From assembly GCA_964579725.1 (NCBI GenBank), contig CAZOHG010000009.1, positions 16,058 through 80,057 of the forward strand: DNA of 64,000 nucleotides. The letters run 5' to 3'. Positions within the stretch are counted from its first letter, which is position 1. Each line of letters starts with the position of its first letter. This stretch comes from an uncultured Deferribacteres bacterium (GTDB taxonomy: Bacteria; Zhuqueibacterota; JdFR-76; BMS3Abin05). A program made the position numbers and the translations under genes. This document shows positions 8,875 through 19,800 of the stretch, in pieces. A model generated the notes under the pieces. The model saw nothing but the letters and a program-made list of their open reading frames with translations, did no database searches and was not told where the DNA came from.

Positions 8875-9579
8875 ATGTTCCCATTACGCGACACCATCCC
8901 GTCCAAACGGTTTCCGCTGGTAAATTTTATCCTTATTGGCCTCAACGTATGGGCATTTTTTATTGAGCTTTCCTTGGGAAGCGCCGTTCAAAATTTTATT
9001 CAAGCCTACGGATTTGTACCCGCTCGATTGACCCACCCGGCTGCCTACGGAGTGACTTCCCTGTACGCCGTATTGACGATTTTTACCGCCATGTTTCTGC
9101 ACGGCGGCTGGATTCACATCATCGGGAATATGTGGTTCTTGTGGATTTTCGGCGACAATGTGGAAGACGCCATGGGGCACGGACGCTATTTCCTTTTTTA
9201 TCTCATCAGCGGTTTGGCGGCCACTTTTGCACAATATGCTATTAATCCTGCGTCTACCGTCCCAAATATCGGTGCAAGCGGCGCTATTGCCGGCGTGATG
9301 GCGGCTTATGTTCTTTTGTACCCCCGTGCCAAAGTTATTACCTTGCTGATTATTATTATTTTTATTGACATTGTCGAAATCCCGGCGTTTGTTTTTATTT
9401 TGATTTGGTTTGCGTTGCAGCTTATCTCGGGATTGGCCGCGCTGCCTTCCGCGCACATGGCGACCGGAGGAGTAGCCTATTTTGCCCATATTGGGGGATT
9501 TGCCGCAGGCCTTGTTTTGGTGTGGTTCTTTCGCGAAAAGAAACGTGCGGCCTACGAAGATGAATTTTTACCCTGGTAA
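8875..9579 (+). CDS. Rhomboid-family intramembrane serine protease
   Basis: HGGWIHIIGNMWFLWIFG, catalytic GASGAIAGVMAAY (GxSG) and FAHIGGFAAG (His) are present, with 6 predicted TM segments. Confidence 0.9.
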   Translation: MFPLRDTIPSKRFPLVNFILIGLNVWAFFIELSLGSAVQNFIQAYGFVPARLTHPAAYGVTSLYAVLTIFTAMFLHGGWIHIIGNMWFLWIFGDNVEDAMGHGRYFLFYLISGLAATFAQYAINPASTVPNIGASGAIAGVMAAYVLLYPRAKVITLLIIIIFIDIVEIPAFVFILIWFALQLISGLAALPSAHMATGGVAYFAHIGGFAAGLVLVWFFREKKRAAYEDEFLPW

Positions 9580-9590
9580 CGGAGGATCCC

Positions 9591-10424
9591 ATGAAAGACC
9601 CCTTGGCAAATTTGTTCTGGTTTTTATTTCTCATTTCTCTGCTGGTGCCCTGGTACCAAAAATGGCTGTTGACGCGGACGCGCTTGAATTTCCTGCGTAA
9701 AATTGAAAAAAAACGCAAGTCGCGTGTGATTGCTCTGATTCACCGCCAGGAAACCATGAGTTTTATCGGGTTCCCGCTTGTTCGGTACATTAGTATTGAG
9801 GATTCGGAGCAAATCTTGCGGGCCATTCGGATGACACCCAAGGACATGCCGATCGACCTGATTTTACACACGCCCGGCGGATTGGTTCTGGCGACGGAGC
9901 AAATTGCCCGAGCGCTTAAAAAACATCCGGCCAAGGTAACGGTTTTGGTGCCCCACTACGCCATGTCCGGAGGGACGCTGTTAGCCCTTTCTGCAGATGA
10001 AATTATTATGGATGAAAATGCCGTGTTGGGGCCCGTGGACCCGCAATTGGGCCAATTTCCGGCGGCGTCCATTTTGAGGGTCGTTCAAAAAAAATCTCCC
10101 GAAAAAATAGAAGATAACACACTGATTTTGGCGGACGAGTCTCGCAAGGCGATTCGGCAGGTGAAAAGCTTTGTCAAGTGGTGTCTCCAAGGAAAACTGC
10201 CGGAGGAAAAAGCGGAGGAAGTGGCCAAAATCCTGAGTGAAGGGCGCTGGACGCACGATTACCCGCTGATGGTTGAAACCATTCGGGATTTGGGATTAAA
10301 AGTAAGCACGGAGCTTCCCCTGGAGGTGTACCAACTCATGAATCTGTACCCCCAATCTCATTTGAACCAGCCTTCCGTTCAATTTATTCCGCTGCCCTAC
10401 GGAAATCGAAATCATCAGGGATAA
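9591..10424 (+). CDS. SDH-family ClpP-fold membrane serine protease, copy 2 (paralogue of 8011..8862)
   Basis: Long identical runs shared with copy 1: KRKSRVIA.IHRQETM, TPKDMPIDLI.HTPGGLVLA.EQIA, VPHYAMSGGTLLAL.ADEIIMDE.AVLGPVDPQLG, EGRWTHDYP, LGLKVST.LP.EVY.LM.LYPQ. Confidence 0.8.
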   Translation: MKDPLANLFWFLFLISLLVPWYQKWLLTRTRLNFLRKIEKKRKSRVIALIHRQETMSFIGFPLVRYISIEDSEQILRAIRMTPKDMPIDLILHTPGGLVLATEQIARALKKHPAKVTVLVPHYAMSGGTLLALSADEIIMDENAVLGPVDPQLGQFPAASILRVVQKKSPEKIEDNTLILADESRKAIRQVKSFVKWCLQGKLPEEKAEEVAKILSEGRWTHDYPLMVETIRDLGLKVSTELPLEVYQLMNLYPQSHLNQPSVQFIPLPYGNRNHQG

Positions 10425-10443
10425 AAGATACTCTGTTTGCAAA

Positions 10444-10477
10444 AGCCTCGTTTCAGTTGGAGACGGGGCTTTTTTTA
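10444..10477. terminator. Shared terminator of convergent SDH-2 and thrC
   Basis: Stem AGCCTCGT (10444-10451) / ACGGGGCT (10463-10470, one G-T pair), followed by a T7 run. AAAA lies on the other side. Confidence 0.7.
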
Positions 10478-11842
10478 TGCCTTTAGATTTTCAAACAGAT
10501 ATTCCCTGAAAATTTCGTACTGATTGGGCAGTACGGCATAGCGATTTTTGCGATTTTGTCGTTGCAACGAGGGTGGAAGTTCCGGAGCAATGCCCAAATG
10601 CTCCTGCAAAACTTCGGAAAACTTGCCTGGATGCGCTGTCTCCAAAGCAATAAGCGGTAGGTCGGGATCACCTTCCGTTTGGAGGAAGGCCTCGAGTCCG
10701 GCCACTGCCACGGCGCCGTGAGGTTCCAACAAAATGCTTTTGTTTTGCCAGTGGGTAACCAAAGTGTCCACTGTTTGCGCGTCCGAAATGCTGACGCTGA
10801 AAATAGCTGACCTGAGTTTTTTCAGATCGGGTTGTTTGTGTAAAACACCATTTTTGTCCACATTTCCCCCGAACAGATCGAAAAGACGTGCCAGATTGCT
10901 GGGATGCCCCACATTCATTGAATTGGACAGGCATTTTCGCGAGGGTGAAAGGGGCCGGTAGACGCCGGTTTGCAAAAACCGTGGAAATTCATCGTTGGCG
11001 TTTGTGCTAATAACGATCTTTTCCACAGGAAGCCCCATTCGTTTGGCCAATTCGCATCCGAGTGCGTTACCGAAATTTCCGGACGGAATGGAAAAAACAA
11101 CCCGCTGACCGGGCTGTGCAACCCGAAAATAGGCGTAGAAATAGTAAATCATCTGGGGCAGCAACCGCCCAATGTTAATGGAGTTTCCCGAAATCAAATG
11201 GAAGCGGCGCAGCTCAGGGTCCGCAAAAGCCGATTTCACCATATTCTGGCAATCGTCAAATTTGCCGTCAACCGCTACGGCGTGGACATTCCCGTTGATT
11301 GAGGTGAGCTGTCTTTCCTGTGCGGGACTGACTTCCTGACGCGGGTAGAGGATGTACACGTCGATCCCCGAAATGCCGTGGAAAGCCTGTCCGATGGCAC
11401 TGCCGGTATCGCCGGAAGTGGCCACCAAAAGGCTCAGATGTTTGGAGCCGCCATTAAAATAACCCGTCAATCGCGCCAACATCTGGGCGGCAAAATCCTT
11501 GAAGGAAGCGGTGGGCCCCCGGTCCAGGCGAAGAATAAATCGGCGATCGTCAAAGGCTTCTACAGGAACGTCAAATGTGTAAGCCTCGCGCGCCAATTGG
11601 AGTAATTTCGATTGAGGAATTTCTTCCTCGAGAAATTTTCCCAATACGAAGGCAGCAAGATCAGGAAATTCCATTTCGGCCATTTGTTTCATTTCGGTTG
11701 CAGAAATTTGGGGAATGGCGTTGGGCATGAACAGGCCGCCGTCCGGGGCCTGTCCCATAAGAAGGGCTTCAGGAAAAGAGATTTCATCGGAATAGTTTGA
11801 AAATGTGCGATTTGTGCTGTAATAATAAATACGAGCAGCCAT
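10475..11842 (-). CDS. thrC: Threonine synthase
   Basis: The PLP-lysine motif TASFKDFAAQ, the ATSGDTGSA motif and the 455-aa length fit the long-form threonine synthase family. RBS AAGGAG. Confidence 0.9.
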   Translation of the reverse strand: MAARIYYYSTNRTFSNYSDEISFPEALLMGQAPDGGLFMPNAIPQISATEMKQMAEMEFPDLAAFVLGKFLEEEIPQSKLLQLAREAYTFDVPVEAFDDRRFILRLDRGPTASFKDFAAQMLARLTGYFNGGSKHLSLLVATSGDTGSAIGQAFHGISGIDVYILYPRQEVSPAQERQLTSINGNVHAVAVDGKFDDCQNMVKSAFADPELRRFHLISGNSINIGRLLPQMIYYFYAYFRVAQPGQRVVFSIPSGNFGNALGCELAKRMGLPVEKIVISTNANDEFPRFLQTGVYRPLSPSRKCLSNSMNVGHPSNLARLFDLFGGNVDKNGVLHKQPDLKKLRSAIFSVSISDAQTVDTLVTHWQNKSILLEPHGAVAVAGLEAFLQTEGDPDLPLIALETAHPGKFSEVLQEHLGIAPELPPSLQRQNRKNRYAVLPNQYEIFREYLFENLKA

Positions 11843-12123
11843 GACATGTACTCCTTGTCTGGAATAATGAAAAAACTGTTTTTTTAATTTGGAAAAATTA
11901 AAAGACAGGTGTCCCGATTAGCAGGACGCAGATGTCAGGCTACTAGTGAGAAAGTCGGAGAAAAGTCGATGGCCTTTCCACTGGATTTTCAAAAGAGGGG
12001 GCAAATATTTGGATTCAAGATGAATCATAAAGGCACTTTTTTAAAAGCTTTTCAGTACAATCGGAATTTAACAAACAAATTTTGTTTTTTTTATCGTCAC
12101 ACCGTTGAAATTTCTTGAGAAAT

Positions 12124-12152
12124 AAAATAGTAAAATTTTTGTTGCCGGTCAA
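12124..12152 (-). promoter_or_regulatory. Candidate promoter TTGACC-N17-TATTTT, about 280 nt upstream of thrC
   Basis: The minus strand reads cTTGACCggcaacaaaaattttacTATTTTatt with an exact 17-nt spacer. Confidence 0.35.
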
Positions 12153-12209
12153 GAGTATTTTTAGTCAAAAGGTAAAAAAATCTCTTTCATGTTGAAATCG
12201 CCGCTATTC

Positions 12210-14342
12210 TTAGCGAACAAGGGTGAAATCAATGATGTTTTCGTTTACATCCACCCGCACCACCCGTACTCGGACGCGATCGCCCAGACGAAACGTCGTG
12301 CCGGTGTGTTTGCCGACCATGGAAAACCGCCGCTCGTCAAAATAATAGTAATCTTCCGGTAGATCCCGAACCGGAACCAGTCCTTCCACAAGAGTTTCTT
12401 CTATCTCCACAAAAATACCAAACGGCACGACTCCGGAAATAATGCCGGAATATTCCTCCCCTAATTTGTCGGCCATAAATTCCACCTGTTTCATTTTAAC
12501 GGACTTCCGTTCAGCTTCGAGAGCGCGGATTTCCTGTTCGGAGGCGATTTTACAAACCTCGGGCAGGCGTTCCCGCAAAACGGCTTTTCGCTTTTGCGTC
12601 ACCCGACCGGCGTATTCCTTGAGAAGCCGGTGCACCTGCAGATCGGGGTAGCGGCGAATGGGCGAGGTGAAGTGGGTGTAATGGGAAAACCCGAGCCCAA
12701 AATGCCCGATATTTTTGGTAGAATATTGCGCTTTCATCATGGAGCGCAACATGACGTTGGTGACAATAATTTCCTCCGGTGTTCCTTCTACCTGTTCCAA
12801 AAGCTTTTGTAAATGTTTCTGTTCCACACGCCCCTTTTTGCCGGGGAATTTGTACCCGAGGGCTTCAATGAGATTTTTGAAATCGCGGATTTTGTCCTGG
12901 CTGGGGCGTTCGTGCACGCGGTACACAAACGGCAATCCCCGCATTTTTGCCTTTTGCTCCCCCTTGCCGAAGGTTCCGTGCCGTGCCACGGTTTGATTGG
13001 CCAGCAGCATAAATTCTTCGACCAATTGGTGGCTTTGGAGACGTTCCACCTTGCGCAGCTCAACGGGTTTCCCGCGGTGGTCCAGGATTACTTTTACCTC
13101 CGGGGTTTCAAAATCCAGGCTGCCTTCCCGAATGCGTTTTTGGCGCAGCGCCTGACTGAGGTCGCGCATCTTTTTGAGCGTCGAGGCAAAAGGGCCCTTC
13201 CCGCCGTCCAAAATGGCCTGCACTTCTTCGTAACTGAAACGTTTTTTACTGCGAATGACCGATTCCACAATCTGGTAGTCCACCACGTTGAGTTTTCGAT
13301 TGAGATTCATGAGCACGGAAAAGGTCAGACGGTCTTCGTTTGGTCGTAGGCTGCACAGTTCGTTGGAAAGGCGTTCGGGAAGCATGGGCACCACGCGGTC
13401 GACAAGGTAGACGCTGGTGGCACGCCGTAGCGCCTCTTTGTCGATAGGGGTGTTTTCGGTCACGTAGTGACTGACGTCGGCAATGTGAACGCCCAGTTGG
13501 TAAAAGCCGTTTTCGAGAATCCTCAGGGAAACGGCATCGTCAAAATCCTTGGCGTCTTCGGGATCGATGGTAAAAATTTCCTCAGCCCGAAGGTCCAGGC
13601 GGCGGTCGATTTCTTCTTTGGGAATTTCAGCCGAAATTTTCTTGGCCGATTTTAAAATGGCTGGAGCGAAGGCAACAGGCAGGTCGAAAGACTTGGCCAC
13701 GGACAGAACGTCCACGCCCTTTTCGTCGGGGTAACCCAGAACCTCAACAATCCGCCCTTCGGGATTGAGCTGGTCGTGCTCCCAGTCCAGAATTTTGACC
13801 ACCACCTTTTGGCCGGGTTTGGCTCCGGCGTCGTTTTCAGGCGCCACAAGAATGTCCCACGGGATTTTCAAATCGTCCGGAACCACGTAATTGAAATATT
13901 TCCCCCGGCGGAAAATGCCCACAATATTGGATTTCCGGCGCTGCAGCACCTCCACCACCTTGCCTTCGGTCAGTTGTCCCTTTCGGCGGGATTTGGCAAA
14001 GAGTTGCACCCGAACCACATCTCCGTTAATGGCAGTGCCCATATTTTTCTGGCTGACAAAGATTTCCGTCTGTCCGTCATCTGCCCGCACAAAGCCGTAG
14101 CCCTGCGTTTTGACATCCAAAGTGCCCACCACGGTGGCCACGCCTTTTCGGTAAGTGTACCCGTTTCGGCCGTCTTTTATGATCTTGCCTTCCTCGGTCA
14201 GGTGCCGAAGAATCTCCCGAAAAGTCGGGTACCATTCGGTGGAAATACGAAGCTGACGAGCCAGCGTTTTGGTTTTGAACCGACGGCCGGCATTGTGCTT
14301 CAGAATGTCAATGATCTTCTTTTCTAATAATTTTTCGTCCAT
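12210..14342 (-). CDS. rnr: Ribonuclease R
   Basis: 710 aa with N-terminal HTH/cold-shock-like region, an RNB catalytic core (DPEDAKDFDDAVS, SVYLVDRVVPMLP, HFGLGFSHYTHFTSPIRRYPDL) and a C-terminal S1 domain (GIISGVVPFGIFVEI). Confidence 0.93.
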   Translation of the reverse strand: MDEKLLEKKIIDILKHNAGRRFKTKTLARQLRISTEWYPTFREILRHLTEEGKIIKDGRNGYTYRKGVATVVGTLDVKTQGYGFVRADDGQTEIFVSQKNMGTAINGDVVRVQLFAKSRRKGQLTEGKVVEVLQRRKSNIVGIFRRGKYFNYVVPDDLKIPWDILVAPENDAGAKPGQKVVVKILDWEHDQLNPEGRIVEVLGYPDEKGVDVLSVAKSFDLPVAFAPAILKSAKKISAEIPKEEIDRRLDLRAEEIFTIDPEDAKDFDDAVSLRILENGFYQLGVHIADVSHYVTENTPIDKEALRRATSVYLVDRVVPMLPERLSNELCSLRPNEDRLTFSVLMNLNRKLNVVDYQIVESVIRSKKRFSYEEVQAILDGGKGPFASTLKKMRDLSQALRQKRIREGSLDFETPEVKVILDHRGKPVELRKVERLQSHQLVEEFMLLANQTVARHGTFGKGEQKAKMRGLPFVYRVHERPSQDKIRDFKNLIEALGYKFPGKKGRVEQKHLQKLLEQVEGTPEEIIVTNVMLRSMMKAQYSTKNIGHFGLGFSHYTHFTSPIRRYPDLQVHRLLKEYAGRVTQKRKAVLRERLPEVCKIASEQEIRALEAERKSVKMKQVEFMADKLGEEYSGIISGVVPFGIFVEIEETLVEGLVPVRDLPEDYYYFDERRFSMVGKHTGTTFRLGDRVRVRVVRVDVNENIIDFTLVR

Positions 14343-14407
14343 GTGTGCTCTTCAAATTTTATGCTTTGCGTTTGTTCAAGGCCCCACTGGTGTTTGAAAA
14401 ATCCCTT

Positions 14408-16426
14408 TTACGCTTCTTTTGCACGTAGTGCATCCCAATAAATGAAAGCACAAAGGGCAAGAAAGAGAACCAACCCCAGCCAATTGCCAAAGGCACCTGT
14501 ATTGTGCAGATCGGGAATAAGCGTGGTGTGGTACTTGTCCTCGAAAAATTTCAAGAGGGCCGCCACCACTCCAATAATAGCGCCACCCGCAATGAGTCCC
14601 GAAGCGACTAACAGCCCCCGATCGTGCCGTGCTTTGGAAAGTTTTTCATTTTTGGTGGAATTCTTAACCAGCCACGCCACAATGGCCCCCACCAAGATGG
14701 GGGAATTGAGTTCGATGGGCAGGTACATACCCAGTGCAAAAGCCAGCCCCGAAACACCGATCATCTCCACAATAATGGCAATGACAACCCCCATGGCATA
14801 GAGGAACCAGGGAGCCTGCTGCCCCGCTTTCATTAAACTGCCCAGAACGGCGGCCATTGCGTTAGCCTGCGGGGCGGGCATGGGATTGGGGTGCGCGGGG
14901 CCTGGCGAAAAGCCGTACACGTTGGCCAGAAGAATAATCACGGCGGTTACGGTAACGGAGGCCACGGCCGAAGCAAGAATATTGCTCCACTCGATATATT
15001 TGGGCGTTGCGCCCAGCCAATAGCCAATTTTGAATTGCGTGACCAAGCTCCCGGTCATCGAAAGCGCCGTGCACACCACACCACCGACCAACAGCGTGGT
15101 AATCATGCCTTCTTCGCTGTGGAGTCCCAGTTGCGCCATGATCACAGCCGTTACGATCAGCGTCATGAGCGTCATCCCCGAAACGGGGGTTACACTAATC
15201 ATGGCCACGGCCCAGGCAGAAACCGCCGCAAACAGAAAGGCAATAAGAAGCGTCAGTACAATGGCAATGAACGAAATCTGCGTAGCGCCGACCACGTGTT
15301 TTAGTACGGAGAATCGAAAGTAAATCCACAGAAAAAAAGAAACCGCCACAATAAGTCCAACTACCACAACCATGCTGATGTCACGCTCGTACCGGGGCAG
15401 GGCCTTGGTTTCACGCTTTTCGGCGTGCGATTTGAAAATTTCGCCGAAAGCCTGTTTGAGGGCACTCCCAATGACACCGGACATTTTGAGAATAGAAATG
15501 AGTCCGGCCGTAAAAATGCCTCCGATCCCCACGTAACGGGCGTAATTAAAAAAGATGTCTTCAGCAGACATTTGAGAAATGGGCGGCAACCCCGGTGTAA
15601 TGCTGGTTTGAATAAAATGGCCCAAATGCGCAAAAATCGGCACCAGGACGAAATAGGACATCATTGAACCGGCTAAGATAATGGCCGCGTACCGAACGCC
15701 GATTAAATAACCCAGACCCGCAATGGCTGCCGACGTATTGAGCGAAAAAACCGCCTTTACTTTTGTGGTCAGAGGTTGAAAAAAACCGATCATCGACGTG
15801 GTGAAATTCTCGGCCCAGGCGTGCATGGAGGGGCCGACAAAATCGAAAACCATTCCGATGCCCATGGCGTAGGCTAGAATTTTGGCGTGCGTACCGCCCT
15901 TTTCTCCCGTCATGAGAATTTCCGTGGTGGCAGTGGCTTCCGGGAAAGGGAGCTTCCCATGCATGTCGGCCACAAAATACCGCCGGAAGGGAATGAGGAA
16001 AAGGACGCCCAGAATAGCCCCGAAAAGCGGCACCAGGAAAATCTGAAAAAAACCGGAAAGATGTTCAATGTGCAGCACGTACACGGCAGGCATCACAAAA
16101 ACCGAGCCGCCGACGATAATCCCCGAGGTGGCACCGATCGCCAGAATGTTAATATTTTCCAGAAGCGTGCTCTTGCGTGCCAACATGGCGGAAAAACCAA
16201 CCGCCAAAATCGCAATGGGAATAGCCGTTTCAATGCCCTGACCCAATTTTAGGGCGATGTACGCCGCCGCCATGGAAAAAATGACCGTCATTAAAAACCC
16301 AAATGTGATCGAACGCACCGTGACTTCCAAAACGCCCTTTTCGGCGGAAATGACCGGTGTGTACACTTCCCCCGGTTTCAATTCCCGGCGGGCATTCTCC
16401 GGAAGCCGAAGTTCGGACTCAGCCAT
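14408..16426 (-). CDS. OPT-family oligopeptide transporter
   Basis: Polytopic membrane protein beginning MAESELRLPENARRELKPGEVYTPV...LEVTVRSITFGFLM, which is a typical bacterial OPT N-terminus. I chose the ATG at 16426 because AAGGAG lies 6 nt upstream. The ORF-track start at 16579 adds an implausible 51-aa extension. Confidence 0.8.
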   Translation of the reverse strand: MAESELRLPENARRELKPGEVYTPVISAEKGVLEVTVRSITFGFLMTVIFSMAAAYIALKLGQGIETAIPIAILAVGFSAMLARKSTLLENINILAIGATSGIIVGGSVFVMPAVYVLHIEHLSGFFQIFLVPLFGAILGVLFLIPFRRYFVADMHGKLPFPEATATTEILMTGEKGGTHAKILAYAMGIGMVFDFVGPSMHAWAENFTTSMIGFFQPLTTKVKAVFSLNTSAAIAGLGYLIGVRYAAIILAGSMMSYFVLVPIFAHLGHFIQTSITPGLPPISQMSAEDIFFNYARYVGIGGIFTAGLISILKMSGVIGSALKQAFGEIFKSHAEKRETKALPRYERDISMVVVVGLIVAVSFFLWIYFRFSVLKHVVGATQISFIAIVLTLLIAFLFAAVSAWAVAMISVTPVSGMTLMTLIVTAVIMAQLGLHSEEGMITTLLVGGVVCTALSMTGSLVTQFKIGYWLGATPKYIEWSNILASAVASVTVTAVIILLANVYGFSPGPAHPNPMPAPQANAMAAVLGSLMKAGQQAPWFLYAMGVVIAIIVEMIGVSGLAFALGMYLPIELNSPILVGAIVAWLVKNSTKNEKLSKARHDRGLLVASGLIAGGAIIGVVAALLKFFEDKYHTTLIPDLHNTGAFGNWLGLVLFLALCAFIYWDALRAKEA

Positions 16427-16812
16427 GAAAACTCCTTTCCTTAATCGGCCAATCAATTGCGGAATGTCAACAAAACATACACAAAATAAGGAAGTTTCAA
16501 GAAAAATAAAAGTAAAAAATGACTCGTCTGGCGCTCCTGCCTTTTTGCCTTTACAATGGAAAGCCTGCTTTCGGTTCAAAAAGATTCAGAAAAGGCAAAA
16601 CGGCCGGAAATCTTATTGCAATTTTCCGTGAATCTCGTATATTTACTCAAGAGGAATGGGTTAAAGCCCGGTTTCTAAAGCCACGGACTGCTGTTCATGA
16701 CCGACCGTTTTGGGCACGGCCCGGAGGAAGCTTTTCGTTGTCTTTTCACGCACAGAAACAAAGGACAACAGAAACAGAAAAGAAACCCAATAGATGTGTG
16801 AAGGAGTTTAGC

Positions 16813-19800
16813 ATGAAAAATTCTCGCCTGTTACGACTGGTGTTGCTCCTTTTGAATTTGATTTTGTGGAGCGGACTGTTTGCCCGGGGGGCGGCGTCGG
16901 GGCCGCTGCCGGGCCGCATTTTACAAAATCCCGACATTGGACACGGCAAAATTGTGTTCACATTCGAGGACGACCTCTGGCTGGTGCCGGACACCGGTGG
17001 TGTCGCACGCCGAATAACCGACTTTCCCGGTCTCGAAAAATACGCCAAATTTTCCCCCGACGGTCAGTGGATTGCTTTTACCGGAAACTACGACGGCGGG
17101 AGCGATGTGTACGTCATGCCGGTGACAGGCGGCACTCCTCTGCGTCTGACGTACCATCCGGCAGCCGACGTGGTGCTGGGGTGGACGCCCGATAGCCGCT
17201 TTGTCCTTTTTCGCTCGCGCCGAGGGTTGCAAACGGAGTTGTTCAAGGTTCCCGTGAAGGGTGGTTTCCCCCAAAAAATGCCGGTGGATCGCGTCCGCTA
17301 CGCCTCACTTTCCCCGGACGGGACGCAGATTGTCTTCAACCGCAACGACGCCGACCGGATGAATTGGAAAAAATACCGAGGGGGAGACCAGCAAGACGTC
17401 TGGATCGGGAATCTCAAAACCAGATCGTTTCACCGTTTGACCCACTGGGCGGGCTACGACAACTTCCCCATGTGGGTGGGAAATGCCGTTTATTTTAATT
17501 CGGACCGCCAATTCGGGCGAATGAATTTGTACCGCTTTTCTTTGGAGCGAAAAAGTGTGCAGCCTTTGACCCACTTTAAACATTGGGACGTGGAATTTCC
17601 CTCGGCCGGAGGCGGAAAAATTGTTTTCGGTTGTCAGGGTTACCTCTGGACGCTGAATCTGGTGAATCAGAAACTTCAAAAGCTGTCCATCCTGATTCCC
17701 ACAGATCGCTGGCGGCTGCGAAATACCTTTTTGAATCCCGACCGCTACGTCCAATATGTCTCACTCTCTTCCAAAGGCGACACGGCTGTGGTACAATCTC
17801 GGGGAGATGTGTTCCTCGTTCCTGCACAAAAGGGCCAGCCGGTGAATCTGACGAATTCTTCAGGCAGTCGGGAGATTTTTCCCGCCCTTTCCCCCAATGG
17901 GAAATGGGTCGCTTTTTTTTCGGACAAAACCGGGGAGTACGAATTGTACGTAACGCCGCCTCGTCCGCATCAGCCCTGGAAGCGGCTCACCCACCATTCT
18001 AAAACCTACTACTACCATTTAAAGTGGTCGCCGGACAGCAAGAAGATTCTTTTCGGCGATAAGGATTTTAGGACCTTTGTGGCGGACGTGGCCACAGGAA
18101 AAGTAACACAAATCGACCGTTGTTTTTACCAAAAGGACAACGAAATTTACTGGGAAATCAGCGAGTACGATTGGTCGCCGGACAGCAAATGGATTACTTA
18201 TTCCAAAACGAACAAAAATATGAACAGCTCCATTTATTTGTACAATTTGAAAACCCAACAAAAAATCCGGCTGACCGATGACCGCTACGACGATTTTAGT
18301 CCCACGTTTGACCGAGGGGGAAAATATTTGTTTTTTCTGTCCAATCGGCATTTTGAGCCGGAACTTGATCCTTTCATGGACAACAATCTCAACGCCAACA
18401 TGACACAGGTCATGGTTGTGCAGCTTCAATCGGGCGAAGCGCCTCCTTTTGAGGAAGAGGGGGAAGATTCCCAGACCGAAAAAATAGACGTCAATCGCGT
18501 CGATGTCAAGGGCCTTTCTCGCCGGCTGTACACGGTGCCGGTTGCGCCCGGCACGTACAAATCCCTAAAAGCGGGAAAACACGCGGTTTTCTTTTTGTCG
18601 AAAGCGAGCTTCGGTTTCCCCGGAATCGAAGAATTTTTTCATCCCAATTCAGTCACTTTTTACACCTTGAAAAAATTTGACCTTTCTTCAAGACGCACCA
18701 AAACGATTATTCCCGGGATTGGCAGCTACAACCTTTCATACAACGCCGAAAAAGCCGCCTACCTCAGCGGAAAAACGGCCGGCGTTATTCCCACATCCGA
18801 CGAAAGTTTTGCCGGCGAGGGTACCCTGGCGTGGAAAGGGTTGGAGAAAAAAGTGGATTTTGCCGAGGAGTACCGCCAGATTTACTGGGAAGCCTGGCGA
18901 CAAATTCGGGACTTTTTTTACGATCCGCATCTTCATGGCAAAAATTGGCCGGCCATTGGGAAAAAATACGCCGCGCTTCTTCCCTACGTGGGAACCCGAA
19001 ATGACCTGAATTACCTGTTGGGACAAATGATCGGGGAGCTGACGGCTTCGCACGAATACATTATCGGTCGCGGCAGCCCCATTCGCGAGCACTACGCGCG
19101 GGTGAGCGTGGGTTTGTTAGGAGCCGATTTAATCCCCGATTTTAAGGCCGGAGCCTACCGATTTGAGCACATTATTCAGGGCGAACTGTGGCGGAGCAGC
19201 ACGCACAATCCGTTGTTAGATCCCAATGTTCACATCCAAAAGGGGGATTATTTGTTGGCGATCGACGGGAATCGGTTGTCTCCTAATGAGAATTATTTCA
19301 AGTATCTGGAAAACAAAGCGGGGCGGGAGGTTTGCCTCACCGTAAATAGCCGTCCCAATCTAAAAGGAGCGCGGACTGTTAAAATTCGCGCACTGTACAG
19401 TGAACGGTCGCTGCGTTACCACGAATGGGTGGAGAAAAATTACACGAAGGTTCGTCAGGAGACCGGGGGCCGTGTGGGGTACATCCATTTAACGGACATG
19501 GACGAAGAAGGTTTGAAACAATTTGAACAAGGCTTCCGGGCAGAGCGCTACCGCGACGGCCTGATTATTGACGTCCGAAATAACGGGGGCGGTTTTGTGA
19601 GCTGGTTTCTTATTGACAAATTGGAACGGAAACTGGCATTTTTGACAAAGACCCGCACCTTTCGGCCCATGGCTTACCCCCACGCCGTGCACCCTGGGCC
19701 CGTTGTGGTGCTTTGCAATCAGGGTACCGGTTCAGACGGCGAGGTTTTTAGCGAACACGTCAAAGAGCTGCACATGGCCAAACTCATTGGCACGCGTACG

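Noticed and set aside
11909-12118. 69-aa plus-strand ORF in the rnr-thrC spacer
   Set aside because: It has no RBS, lies in an AT-rich region on the strand opposite both neighbours, and has no motif. It is probably spurious.
16427-16812. N-terminal extensions in the ORF track for the OPT transporter (to 16579) and the tricorn-like protease (from 16519)
   Set aside because: The extensions overlap each other on opposite strands and lack RBSs. Internal ATGs at 16426 and 16813 both have AAGGAG 6 nt upstream and give a sensible N-terminus or signal peptide.
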